In this document: piece by piece, positions 21,852 to 35,127 of the stretch
Numbering within the stretch: position 1 is the first letter of the stretch
How the letters are laid out: each line of letters opens with the position of its first letter
From: Callorhinchus milii
Taxonomy: Eukaryota
Reading direction: 5' to 3'
Assembly (NCBI RefSeq): GCF_018977255.1
Contig: NW_024704747.1
Location: 19,530,001-19,594,000, forward strand
Length of the DNA stretch: 64,000 nucleotides
Notes under the pieces: model-generated
Databases searched by the model: none
Seen by the model: the letters and a program-made list of their open reading frames with translations, nothing else
Told to the model about the DNA's origin: nothing
Program-made: the position numbers and the translations under genes

Positions 21852-24108
21852 TTAGAAATCTCTAACGCGACGGAAGGAGCCAATAGTTGGATAACCAGCA
21901 CCCCAGTCACCAAACCGTTTGTATTCATTTGGTCTCAGGAAGTACTGCCTTCCCATGTAGTGAGGATGTTCGTAGAAGATCCAGTAGCCGTCCATCACTT
22001 GGCAGGAGTGGATGTCATGGTAGTGGAAACAATCGTAGACGGATGGGCAGTCATCCATGAATTCCATCATCTGTCCTCCAAAGTCAGGTCTCTCGTACAC
22101 CCTCATTTTATATGAGCTGCTCTTGTTCTAAAATTGTTTTTGAAGTAAAAAATTCAGAAGTGTATAAAATGATCTCATCATTATTCTTAAGTGTGAACTT
22201 TTTTTTATTTTGTCAGCCGGGTATCTGATCTTCACGGAAATCCATCATTAGGATCTTATATCACAGAAGGAGGCCATTCGGCCCATCATGCCTGTGCCGG
22301 CTCTTTGAAAGATCTACCAACTAGTTCCACTCCCCCACTCTTACACCATGCTATGTGCAATTGAATTTACAGATAGGTTATTGAGTCCTGTAGCTCAGTG
22401 GTTAGAGCACTCGCTTTGCAAGTGAGAGACCTGAGTTCAATTCCAGGCAGGGCGAAACCTTGGGCAAGTTTCCTTACTCCACACGCCTAATAATAATCCC
22501 TCCAAAAAAAAAACAATAATTAAATTGGTCATTTTCAATCTACGACTGTTTGTGGGACATTGCTGTGCGCAATTGGCTGCCGCGTTCGCCCACAAATATA
22601 CAGTCAATTCACTTTACAGTGTGTTCTGTGAAGCGCTTTGGGACGTCCTCCCGACGTGAAAANNNNNNNNNNNNNNNNNNNNNNNNNNNNNNNNNNNNNN
22701 NNNNNNNNNNNNNNNNNNNNNNNNNNNNNNNNNNNNNNNNNNNNNNNNNNNNNNNNNNNNNNNNNNNNNNNNNNNNNNNNNNNNNNNNNNNNNNNNNNNN
22801 NNCTGGAATAAATCAAGAATTCCAGGGTTAAGTAAATAAGAATGTATGGAACAAAGAATAATATTCTGCCCATCATTATATCCTGAAGAATACCTGTGCA
22901 TCCCAGTCTGATCCTGACCCAGCACCTTCCAATATTATCTCCACGTAGATACTTATCCATTTGTCTTTTGAAGAAGATAATCAATGCAAAACTAACTGCT
23001 CTTATTCCCAACCAGCTAGCCAGTCTCTTTTACTTCTCCACTACTCTTTGGGGAAATTAGGGGAATCTTAAATCGATAGACCCGCTTAAGGTTTCATTTT
23101 TCATCTGGTCCTGTAATAGCAAGCTATCAGTTTGAAACATGCTGAAAAATAGGTGTCTTAAGCCAACGTTCAATGTGAAGGTTTAGCATATTCTCTTTAA
23201 TTTCTAGATTTTTAATTTTCATCTGGTCCTGCAAAACAAAGCTTGATATTCCCTCTAGTCCTGCTTGCTGTGCTAGACACCCTGCCCACACTAATCATCC
23301 TCACAACTTTCAGCAGATATCTGAAGGAATTTAGCTCTGGGACTCTACTCCATGTGAAGGATGCTATATAAATGCAAGTTGTTGTTGTTGAAGTTGCCCT
23401 TTTAAGGCACCAAAGCTCATCTTTGCTTTCACCACATTGTGGAATGGCAACTGGACTTCCCAAAATGAAGATGTAGCAAAAATAAATGATCATATTGGGC
23501 TTTAACTTGCTCAGATCACTAAAATTATTAATGATAATAATAATTCTAATCCTTGTATATCAAATGCAAGCATTGTCCTTGTTAACGTTAGCAGCCCATG
23601 TCAAATTCCACCAGTATGATTTTATTGTGTTTTATTCTTTGCTCCTATCAGAAAACTACCATGTTCCTAAAAGTTGACCCACCTCTGGAAGGCTGAAGCT
23701 GAAGAGGAGACAAAGGGTGAAGAACAAAATAAAAATCTAACCATTATCCACAAATTCCAACTTACATATGGGTATGTCTGACATGATCTGATGGTGTCAT
23801 TGTAGCCCATCCAGCGCTGGTACTCAGGATACTCTCCCCTGTTCAGAACGTACTGGTATCCCATGTAATTGGGTCTCTCGTACAGAACCCAGAAGTCGCT
23901 GTCAATGCGAATGGAGTTACAGCGGCTGAAGTAAGACTGCAGGTCGGCACAGTCAGAGCTGCACTCATAGTGCCGTCCCTGGAAGTTCCTGTCCTCGTAA
24001 AAGATGATCTGGAGAGAAAGCGATAAATGCACATAACATTTTTTGCACAGGAATATAAAGAAATAGTTCAAAAACTATTTTAAAAAAACTATGTTTTACC
24101 TTTCCCAT
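21852..24108 (-). CDS. gamma-crystallin gene 6 (complete, 175 aa; intron 2 contains an assembly gap)
   Basis: Exons 24108-24100 (ATGGGAAAG|gtaaa), 24008-23766 and 22127-21852 ([16 protein letters not shown]...GSFRRVRDF*). TATAAAT at ~24160-24166. Confidence 0.9.
22255..22350 (-). mobile_element. CR1 LINE 3' end remnant
   Basis: cacagaaggaggccattcggcccatc...tgtgccggctctttga, near-identical to the CR1 3' end at 34530-34580. Confidence 0.7.
22383..22662 (+). mobile_element. tRNA-derived SINE, short variant, running into the gap
   Basis: Nearly identical to the copy at 60177. Confidence 0.85.
22663..22802. other. assembly gap (140 N)
   Basis: Run of n. Confidence 0.99.
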
Positions 24109-25842
24109 TTTGCTCTGAATCAACTTGGTGACAGTGACAAGGGTCGATTGAACTTGTCTATTTATACTCATCTCTGAAAGAGCGAAGTAGTAAAATACAT
24201 TGTCATTGTAATCAGCGTAGACCCTATGTAAGCAAAATTCTTCATGACACACTCTGTCTTTTGTTCTAATAAACGAAGTTAATTTCCCTTAAAAACTGGA
24301 ATCTAGACATTTTTGTGTAATACTTATGTTTCCTTGTTATAAAGGCAAAGCTGGGTTTGCAGCTGCTAAACCTGCAGAGTAGTTTTTAAAGAAAAAATGT
24401 GCTTGTTAAAATAAGTTATCTTTTATGTGTATTCTTGTGCAACAAAGATTTATATTTCTGTTGAGGTTATAGTTAATAATACTACTAATAATTGTTGCAT
24501 TTGATATAGCACCTTATCATGTCATTGAGCCTCTCAAAGCACTTCACATGATAGACTGTAAAATGGATTTGACTGTATTTTTTGTGCAAAAATACGCACG
24601 GTTGGAAGGAGATGATAATAATCCATGTATTTAATGTAGAGCCTCTAATGTTGAGAATATCTCAAAGGGTTTTGTAAAACTTCTGAGAAGTGCATTTGTA
24701 GGCAAATATCACAGTAAATTTGAACACAGCAATACCCCCCAAACAGCCAAGGAGGTGAATGATCATTTTTTATCTGAAAAATTGTGGGTTAGGACACCAG
24801 AAGAAACTTCTTTCTCTTTTCACCGAGTGCCATTTAATGTCCACCTGAACAGGTAAATGGAATCTCAGTTTAACATCTCATCCAAAGAATGGCATTCCTG
24901 ACATTGCTGTGATTCCCCCAGGATGGCATTGGTATGTTAGCAAGCTCAGAGTCCCCACAACCTTCTGACCATATGGTTATCAACTCAGCCAGGCACGATG
25001 TCTGTGCAGGACAGAAACCAGGACAGACAAATGGGGATATTGGAATAGAAATCTATTATGATTTATGTGCTTGATTGAATAGATGAGTTTAGTTCATGAG
25101 AGAGGTTTTGCAGAGATAATGGAATGAGCAGGATTGAAGATCAAAATCTTCTCATGTTTGAAGATTTCTTATTTGTATAATATTTCTCCTTTGCCCTGAT
25201 GCTTTGCTATAATTTGTGCTGTTTCTTCTGCAAATCCTATCAGGTCTGCTGAATAGCATGGACAATATTAACATTGTCAACTATGTAGGTCAATCTGGGG
25301 CTGTGCTTAGTGAGCCTTTTTTCCTAGCAAGTGGGTTATCACTCTGCAGGTAGAACAAGAGACATTTACAGCCAGACGAAGGACATCCACCCCATCTTTA
25401 ATTCAAATATGATTCTGTGTGGAAGTTTTGTTGCATGTTTGGCTAAATTATTCAGCTTTCTGAGGTTAGCTCTATTTCCTTTTGTTGTATCTGTGTTTAC
25501 TCATCAGGTAAAAAAATTAATTAATAATCCTTGCATTTGATATAGCACATAATTATATCTCAAACTGCTTCACAGAATGTATTGTAAAGTGAATTGACTA
25601 TACTTTGTGGGCGAAACGCAGCAGACAATTATGCACAGTAGTTTCCTAAGAAACAGTCCAGGATTGAGTGACCAATATTTATTTATTGAATTGAGCATTT
25701 TGAAGCATATTTATAAAGTGAATAATTTTTGCATTATTAACACCTCTATTCCCCAGTTTTGTTGCAACTCCCCACCCCTTTTTTTGCATCATTAACACCT
25801 CCTCTATCCCATTTTCTCCTTTGTCTTCCTTGCCCTGCCCTG

Positions 25843-26680
25843 CCCAGCATATAGAGGGTGAAGAGGAGGGGACCGAGGACACAGCCCTGAAGGATGCCGC
25901 ACGAGACAGTGCGGGGGCTGGAGGAAAAGCCGTAGCGGAGACAAAATGAAGACGGTGGGAGAGGTATGACCTAAACCACTCAAGGACAGGGCCTTGAAGG
26001 TTGAGGTGGGAGGACAAGCGGTGGAGGAGGATAGAGTGGTCGACCGTATCGAATGCGGCCGATAGGTCGAGGAGGATGAGGAGGCAGAGGGAGCCCTGGT
26101 CGCAGATGGTCAAGATGTCATTAGTAACCTTGACCAGAGCGGTTTCTGTGCTATGGGCAGCACGGAAACCCGACTGGAGGGGTTCAAAAAGTGAATGGGT
26201 GGAGAGGAAAGAGCGCAGCTGGGAGGCGACGACTCTTTCCAGAACCTTGGACAGGAAGGGTAGGTTGGAGATGGGTCAGTGGCTTGATAGCTGCGACACA
26301 TCAAGGGAGGGTTTTTTCAGTATGGGAGTGATGGTGGCAGTTTTGAGGGGAATGGGAACAGAGCCAGAGGAGAAGGACAGGTTAATGGTGTCGGTGAGAA
26401 GTGGGGCAAGGAGGTGGAACTGGGAGGTAAGGAGTGGAGTGGGGATGGGGTCCAGGGAGTGTGTGGTGAGTTTCAAGGACCGAATGAGATTGGTGACAGA
26501 GGGTGGGGAAACGGGTTCGAAGGTGTATAGGGGAGGATGGGTAGGAGTCGGAGTGTGGGAGAGAAGGGGTGGGGGGGGGGGTGGGTGGAAGTTGGAGGGG
26601 CAGTGACCGCGGAGCGGATTCCCTTGATTTTGGATTCAAGGAAATCCAGCATCTCCTCGCAGTGAAGGTTGGAGGAGATG
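25843..26680 (-). mobile_element. L2 LINE ORF2 fragment (N-terminal part of the RT domain)
   Basis: Frameshifted minus-strand pieces SLDPIPTPLL...INLSFSSGSVP..LKTATITPILKKPSLD and [23 protein letters not shown]...[10 protein letters not shown]. Confidence 0.9.
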
Positions 26681-27719
26681 ATTCTGATTAACTGGATTTC
26701 GAACAAATCCTCTTGCCATTCCCGTTAAGACTAGAAACTCAGCTCCAGAAATAGAGGATGAAGTTCCTGCTGATCATTGGGACGTACTTCCAGTTACTGG
26801 AATTATTGCCCGTCATTCTTTGAAATTGAAGAGATCCAGCAAAGGCTGTTTGTTCTCTCAGATACCCAAGTTATCAGCACCAAGAATCTATACTGCTCAC
26901 TCAACTTGCTAACACTGGACCTCATCAGAACTGCTGTCTGAGTAAAACAATAAAAACTAATTCTTACATTTGGAATAGTGCCTTTCACGTCAGGAGGACA
27001 TCCCAAATCCCTTCATAGGATTTACTGTGAGTGTAATGATTGTGAATTTGGTAGGCAAAACCTTCATTAACTCAAGACCAACTACACGGGATATAATACA
27101 TACATATAATAATATTAATCTTTGCATTTGATATGGCACCTTATTACATCATTGAGATGTCTCAAAGCGCTTCACAGAATATATTGAATTGATTGTATAT
27201 AATGGGCGAAACGCAACAGCCAATTGCACACAGCAGCAGCCCACAAAGAGTCTAAATAGGTAAACCTATACAATATAGGTATATATAATATCTAGCCCAA
27301 GCTTCATTTGTGGATTTAAATAAGCTTCAGAAAAATGATGCATATGACTGGATATAAACCACTCTGCAACTGTTTGTGGAAAAGTTGAGAACTGTAATTT
27401 AATGAGCAATCTGCTGCCCATTCTCTGTGAGTTACTGTTTAGTGCATTTATTTGACCCACTATTTAAAGACCCTGCTCTTTAAAGTGGGATTACTTACAT
27501 TAACTTCAGCCTGAAATTGTTCAATGAAAAGGCTTTCAGGGAAAGCATCATTCTTAATGTTATGCTGTGCGCTGTGATTATCCTTTAAGCCCCAATGTTT
27601 ATAATAAAATGGATACAAGATTAATTTGAAAAGACACCACCAGTCAAACTATTCGTTTTTTAAATCTCATTCATTTATGTAAGTTTCACTTGAGCAAATT
27701 AAGTTATGCACGGAAGTAT

Positions 27720-28949
27720 TCAGTAATCCATAATGCGACGGAAGGAGCCAATTGCAGGATAACTCGCACCCCAGTCGCTGAATCCTCGGTATTCATTGGG
27801 TCTCAGGAAGTACTGTCTTCCCATGTAGTTGGGATATTCATAGAAGATCCAGTAGCCGTCCATCACGTTGCAGGAGTGGATGTCACGGTAATGGAAACAG
27901 TCGTAGACGGATGAGCAGTCATCCGTAAATTCCATCATCTGTCCTCCAAAGTCAGATCTCTCGTACACCCTCATTCTGTAGGATCTGCTGGGCATCTAGA
28001 ATGTATGAAGAATGACATTTTTGAATGACACGCCCCATTTGAAGCACATGAAAGACAGCCTGCAAAGAATGAACTTCAATAACACAGTCAACTACTTTCC
28101 TTCTCAGATGTAAACCGGGCCACAAGCTTGCAAATGATTTCACTAAGTTATGCTTTTGAGAGCATGTTTCATTCTCAATGGTCCCTAATCACTTGGTCCA
28201 AATATTTAAAGATACAGATGGAAAGAGTGCGATGCAATTTTAATGGACTCATGAGGAAGATCCAATAATTTGCAGGCTCACAAGTCTTTCGTAAACTGTG
28301 TAGATAATGATAAAATCAGTGCAGTTTTCCACAGTTTATTCAGTGAGAATTATAGTGTATTATTGGATTTTTTAAAAGAAAAGCTATAAAATATTAATGT
28401 TTGCATTTACCGAAGAATATTTTGAGCAAAGGATGTTCTGTAATGGGACTGTGGAACTATACCAGTTGCAACAAATTAGTGTGTAATTAGATTTGGATTG
28501 GTACAGGCTCAGTGCAACTACATAATTGCTTCCACTTTCTTAAAAGCTGAATTTGCTATTATTTTAGCAGCACCCTTTGATCCTATAAAATGTGAAATTA
28601 TTCGTCAACAAGTAACTTACATAGCTGTATCCACGGCATGATCTGATGTTGTCATTGTAGCCCAACCAGCGCTGATACTCAGGATACTCTCCCCTGTTCA
28701 GAACGTACTGGTATCCCATGTAATTGGGTCTCTCGTACAGAACCCAATAGTCACTCTCAACGCGGATGGAGTTACAACGGCTGAAGTAAGACTGCAGGTC
28801 CTCACAGTCAGTGCTGCACTCATAGTGCCGTCCCTGGAAGTTCCTGTCCTCGTAAAAGATGATCTGTAGAGATAGACTTCATATAACATTTATATACTAT
28901 CATTAAAATAGCAGAATGGTTTTCTGAATATGTTTCTTACCCGTCCCAT
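27720..28949 (-). CDS. gamma-crystallin gene 7 (complete, 175 aa)
   Basis: Exons 28949-28941 (ATGGGACGG|gtaag, MGR), 28863-28621 (...[18 protein letters not shown]) and 27995-27720 ([16 protein letters not shown]...GSFRRIMDY*). TATAAAT at ~29001-29007. Confidence 0.95.
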
Positions 28950-31142
28950 GGTAGTCCAAGCGAGTCGGTTGCTTGTGATGAGAGTCAATGGGGTCTGGTT
29001 ATTTATATGTCTCTCCAAAAGAGCAAAGTAGTAAAATACATTGTTAGTGAAGTGACCTTGGACCCTATGTGTAAGCAAAATTGTTCATGACACAGTCTAT
29101 CTTTTGTTGTAAAAGCTCTAAGTTCATTCCTTTTCAAGACTGGAATTTGACCACCTTTGTTCATAGGGACATATGAGATCCTTGATAAGGAAACAGACAC
29201 GTCTACAAATGTAGAGTGTGAATGATGAAATTTATTCAGGTTTCTCATAGTCGCATTGATGTGTCCTTCTTGAATATGCATAAATATTACATTAACACCT
29301 CACCTTGTATCATTAAAGTTCATTTTGTGGCTGTTTGTGAAACATTGCCTAATGCAAATTGGCTGTTACGATACCCCACTGAATACACAGTCACTCCACT
29401 CTGTGAAGCGCTTTGGGACATCCTCCCGACCTGAAAGGCGCTATTCAAATGTAATTTGTTGTATATAAAATGTAAGGACTATTATTATCGTTATTATTAT
29501 TAATAACATGTGGCACTGTGTTTCTGGGTTATTTACAATATATGAAAACAGCTTAGTTTGTTTTAAGCAAGTACTAAAATCATTTTGTTAGAGATGAGAA
29601 CAGTTATAGAACAATAAAACACTTGCAACACAGTTTGAGATCATTCAACCCAGTGCTGATGTTTGTTTCTCACTGTTCTTTTAATATCTCTCAGTCCTCC
29701 TTACCCTTACTTAATTCCCCTTTTAAAGTGAGACATGCAGGGTCAAATAGCCTTCCCTTGTGCTGCAAACTTCCGAGTTATTTTCCATGTCATTTGCCCT
29801 CAATCTGTCCTACGCCGCTTCCTTGCTTTTATTTTTGGATTATTTACCATAAAACCAATGTAACAACACGAGTAAGATTCTATGTTGTTACAGCTCTCGC
29901 CTCTGGATCAGTTTTTCTCTACTCAGAGGATAATCAACCATTGGAACAGGTTGCTGGGAACAGTGGTTGAGACCATTTAAAAAACAGTTTAATGCTGTCA
30001 AGGGGGACGGGTAGGATGGGTGGTCCAGAAGGAAAAGCTAATCTTGAAATTAATTTTGCGATCTTATGGTGTACACACTCTCCTCAAAAAAGATCAGCCT
30101 GCTTCATTAATCGCCTTGAAAATACGTAGTCACTACATGTTACTGTTGTACTGTACATCATGTGAGATGTCCTCCTGACTCCATATCAAATGCAAAGATA
30201 ATAATATTAATCCTGGAGCATTTAGGTGCAGGTTGGCAATAGCCAAGGCTTGAGGACATCAGAATGTGCAATGGGATTAACTGCTAGAGTTTAACACATT
30301 GCATAACATTGCAGAGCACTAGTATACTTCTTGAGAAGCACTGGGGAGTTTCTATTTAATCTCCTGCTGCAGAGGCTGAGGCTTCTGAGTTTCAGGGCAA
30401 ATACATATTCCTTTATACACAGCTCCCAAACAGTTCTGCCTGTCTGAAGCTGAGCTTGCTCTTCCAGCTCACTAGTTCATCTCTTCATTTGGAATGTTCT
30501 TAATTATCAGTAGGAAAGCACTTTCCAAAGTGCTGCACAATCCTAAATTTTACAGTAGTAAAGCTAAGACCGCGCGAATTCAGGCCCCAGGATGCAATTA
30601 AGGCACCTTTTCATTTCTGCACTCACTTTACCTCCAGTAATTGGCCTCTAAACATGATTAAAGCCTACAGCGTTTCATTGTTAATTACTCAGCAGGCATT
30701 TATATTCCAGCGTGACTGATTCCTGTTTATATTCCAGTCACCAGCTGGCAACACATCAGTGCAATACATTTCTCACACTAATGGAAACAGTTCTGAAGGC
30801 AGAATATTGCTGTCTGTGCCTTGTGAGTTTTTATCGTTTCAATTGGTCACTGAAGCTCATTGATACTGATTACACCCCCAGGGTAGCTCCCTGTTAGTGC
30901 TGAGCTTTACTGGAAGCTGCCTCAAGTTTCATGTTAATATTTAAATAGTCTTGTACGCACAGCTGGGCCAGCTGTTCCGGCCGCCACTGCCTATACTCTG
31001 CTCCTAGTGCAACACATTCAAAAGGAGAAGGGAATTTCTCCCTGTGTCCCAGCCAACAATCCCCCGGGTAAAATTGTTCATTCATTTCATGGCTGCTTGT
31101 GGGACGTTGCTGTGTCCAAGTTGGCTGCCATGTTCGCCTGTT

Positions 31143-32308
31143 CATCCACCGCCTCTCCTCTCACCTCAACCTCCACGGCTCTGTCCTTGACTGGTTCAGA
31201 TCGTACCTCTCACACCGCCTGCACTTCATCTTCACAAACGGCTTCTCCTCTATCCCCCGCACCATCTCGTGTGGTGTTTCTCAGGGCTCTGTCCTTGGTG
31301 CCCTCCTCTTCAATATCTATGTGCTCCCTATTGGTGACATCATCCACAGACTTCCACATGTATGCGGTTGACACCGAACTGTTCCTCTCTGCCTCCACAA
31401 CTGACTCCAGGACCACTGCTGTCCAGACAGAATGTCTGTCAGACATCAAGTGCTGGATGAGAGCTAACTTTCTTCAATTGAACGTCAACAAGACTGAGGT
31501 TCTCTTGATTGGCTCTTGTCAGCGCCTCCTCACCTCAGGCGCTGACAGCATCACCATCCATGGTTGCACACTCCACCTTGATAAGCCAATCCGGAATCTT
31601 GGGGTCTTGTTTGACCCTCAACTATCCTTTTTACCCCACATCTACGCCATGGCCCGCTCTGCCTTCCCCCACCTCCTCAACGTCGCGCTGCTCTGCCACT
31701 GTCTCACACCACAGGCCACCAAAACCCTCATACACACCTTCATTACATCAAGGCTCGACTATGCAAACTCACTGCTTGTCGGCCTCCCCAACTCCTCCCT
31801 CCACAGGCTGCAGATCATCCAGAACTGCAGCCTGTGTCTTCTTCCGCACTAGACTCCGCGACCCTATCACCCCCATCCTTGCCCAACTCCACTGGCTTCC
31901 CATCACACAGAGGATACAGTTCAAGATCCTGGTCCTCACCTACAAAGCCCTCCACGGTCTTGCTCCCACCTACCTCTGTGACCTCCTAACCCCCTACCAT
32001 CCTGTTCGCTCCTTCCGCTCAGCGGGCTCCAGCCCCACTATTGGTGCGTGGGCCTTCCGCTACTCTGCCCCCACCCTCTGGAACTCCATCTGTAGTCCCT
32101 CCGTCTCGCCCCCTCCCTTGCCAGCTTCAAGACCCATCTCAAAACCCTCCTTTTCAACCGTGCTTTCGATCTCCCTGCTTACCCCCCTGCAGCCCACTTT
32201 CCCCGACCCCGATCCCCAGCTCAGGTCCGTAACTCTGTCTGTCCACCACCTTGGGATGTCCTCCCGACATGAAAGGCGCTTTACAAATGTAATTTTATTG
32301 TTGTTGTT
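31143..32308 (+). mobile_element. 5'-truncated L2 LINE inserted into a Deu-SINE
   Basis: GVSQGSVLGALLFNIYVLP, FHMYAVDTEL, CLSDIKCWMRANFLQLNVNKTE, TSRLDYANSLL, LHWLPITQRIQFKIL; (ttg)n tail. SINE core on the left, SINE continuation aaatacagtcattgcacttta on the right. Confidence 0.9.
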
Positions 32309-33920
32309 AAATACAGTCATTGCACTTTACAGTAAAACTAAAAATAGCTCAATAGGGGTTGGGAGAATAGGGGAAAGAGGAAGGTGGGAATGGATTTACT
32401 CTGTCTGTCCAGAGCTTTGGGACGTCCTCCCGAAGTGAAAGGTGCTATGTAAATGTAATTTTGTAATTGTTGTTGTTGTTGTTATCTTTAAACCAGCCTT
32501 GTTTCAACTTAAGAATGCAAAATGTGATGTTTCATAATGCATTTGTCATTTACCATGTCTATTAGGAAACAAATTAATCTGCCTGTTCAGGTGAACATTA
32601 AAGGTTCCATCACACTCGGTGAAAAAGAATAGTGAGTTTCTCCCTGTTTCCTGGTCGACAATCTCCCAATAAAATTGGTCATTCACTTCATGGCTATTTG
32701 TGGGACGTTGTTGTGTGCAAATTGACTCCTGCATTCGCCAACAAATATACAGTCACTACACTTTACATTGTATCCTGTGAAGCGCTTTAAGATGTCCTCC
32801 CATTGTGAAAGGGACAAAATCAAATGTATTATTATTTTCCCGAATATGTGCATAATAACGGACATTCAAAGGATGCAGAACCTCGTAGGACATCTTTGAA
32901 ATTGATAGAAGCACAGATTTACATTAGGACATGTGCAAGTTATATTAAGAACAATTTACAGCATTATAAAAGCCGTCTGAATGTAGGTCGCAGAATTTTG
33001 TGATTCCAGCTCATGCTTCACAGACCTCATGCCCTGATCTTTGAAGATAAAAGAATTATTGAAATTCCAGGGCTTTTCAAACAGGGATCTTGGTTGTTTT
33101 CTATTCAGTCACAGCTTGAATTAACAGCCCTTGGCTATGAAAGCTAAAACTACATCTTCTTCTAAAAAGCGTTTCCAGCCATTCAGTAATAGAACAACTG
33201 CTTCAAAAGTTTGTTTGCAGATAGGTAACCGTGCTCCAGTTAATTTACATCTTTGTTTTTTAAATGTTTCGAGTACATCTTAAGGGCTGAATACCAGAAT
33301 AAAGAGGATGGTGATACAATCTTTGACAATGATTTTTTTACAGCAGTATCTTTTTTCTGTAAATCATTTCTTCAGAAAAGCTTTGGAGCATTTCTTTCGC
33401 TCAGAGAGTTGTTAGGATGTGAAACACCCTGAGAAGAAAAATGGTAGAGAAAGAGTCCATTGCGGGTTTAAAGATGGTAGAGGACAGTTATATGAAGCAT
33501 TTTAAGCTCTTTGAGATGTCCTTGTGACGTGAAAGTTGTTATATAAATTGGAAATTGTTTTCTATTATCAAAGACAGACACCTGAAAGGGTATAGGGATA
33601 AGGTAGGCGGATGCAGACCCAATAGGCCAATGGGCTCCCTTTGCACAGTAAATTTATATCATTCGATGATATTATAGAGCAAGGTACTTTAAGGAAACCC
33701 AAGGAGAGAATTAATCGGCTCTCAGTTCATCTCACAATTTGGTGGCAAGACAATGTCCAGAAATATATACAATATCTTTATATATATGTTTGAAAAATCT
33801 TTCATGCAGTTTTTTTTCACTTATTGGGCAACTTTAAAATCTCACTTATAATTTGGTTATTCGTTTCATGGCTGGGTGTGGGGACATTGCTGTGGGCGAA
33901 ATTGGCTACCAAGTTCATCT

Positions 33921-34105
33921 ACAACAACAACAACAAGATTGCATTTATAGAGCACCTTTTACGTCGGGAGGACGTCCCAAGGTGCTGGACAGTTGGGTCG
34001 GGACCCGAGCAGGGAGGAAATGGTCAGCGTGAGGGGAGGGGAGGGAAGCGAGGGAGCGAGGAGTGGGTAGAGAGTCGAGAGGGGAGGTGAAGGCACGGTT
34101 GAAGA
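33921..34105 (-). mobile_element. L2 3' end inserted into a Deu-SINE
   Basis: (caa)n tail, gtcgggaggacgtcccaagg and purine-rich 3' UTR matching 54560-54725, flanked by SINE halves. Confidence 0.8.
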
Positions 34106-34499
34106 GAAATACATATGCACTTTACACTTAACAAACAACACTTTACGGTTAATCCTGTGAAGAGCTTTGAGACGTTTCGACGATGTTATAAGGCACTATC
34201 AAGTGTAAGGATTATTATTATTAAATATTACAATTAATAATAATTTGCTCAGCAATGCATCCACAGATTGGATTTGTTTCACTTCATTAGTTGAAATGCC
34301 TTGTTCTGTAGTGTGGATTTTATCAAAATTATTTAGCGATGCTTTTGTTTATTCCTTTTTTGTTCAAACAGACATGCTTTAAAAAGACTTAACACTTCTG
34401 TCCAGTTTATGTCTTTCGATTTTATACCGAGGCAAAGCAGGAAAAGTTCACTCGTGTTTCTTGCCAAGTGTGTCACTCCGAAACCCCAAATTAAGATGT

Positions 34500-35025
34500 T
34501 TATAGATTCATAGATTCATGGAATGTTACGGCACAGAAGGAGGCCATTCGGCCCATCGAGTCTGTGCCGGCTCTTTGACAGAGCAAGTCACTTTCACTAA
34601 CCCCAATCACCAGCTTTCTCCCCATAACCCTGCAAACCCGTCTTCCCCAGATACCTATCCAGTTCTCTCGTAAAAGCAGTTATCGAATCGGACTTCACTA
34701 CCCTTTCAGGCAGATCATTCCAAATTTGAACAACTCGCTGAGTGAAAAAAAGTCTTCTAACCTCCCCTCTGCTTCTTTTGGTAGATATCTTAAGACTGTG
34801 ACCACGGGTCACAGACACACCTACCAGCGGAAACAGCTTTTCCTTATCTAGCCTGTCGAAACCTTTCATGATCTTGGAGACCTCTATCAGGTCCCCGCGT
34901 AACCTTCTCTGCTCTAATGGGAAAAGTCCTAACTTCTCCAGCCTGTCCTCATAGTTAAAGATCCCCATTCCTGGTATTATTCTTGTGAATTTCCTCTGCA
35001 CCCTTTCCAGTGCCTTAATGTTCTT
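34500..35025 (-). mobile_element. CR1 LINE 3' fragment
   Basis: ORF ALERVQRKFTRIIPGM...LEQRRLRGDLIEV...TRGHSLKI...FFTQRVVQIWNDLP, with tagattca-type tail. Confidence 0.92.
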
Positions 35026-35127
35026 CCTGCTAACAGAACAGACAAAGAGTCTGAAGTGCTGCTTCTTCAAACTTTATTTCAATTTGAAAACAAAATGCTA
35101 CGGAAAAAAGTCACACATTGTAACCCC

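Noticed and set aside
22550-23011. ORFs spanning the N run
   Set aside because: Artefacts of the assembly gap.
26001-26606. 201-aa Arg/Gly/Trp-rich ORF, and other long ORFs at 31007, 31509, 53793 and 63301
   Set aside because: Antisense or frameshifted readings of L2 ORF2 fragments, not host genes.
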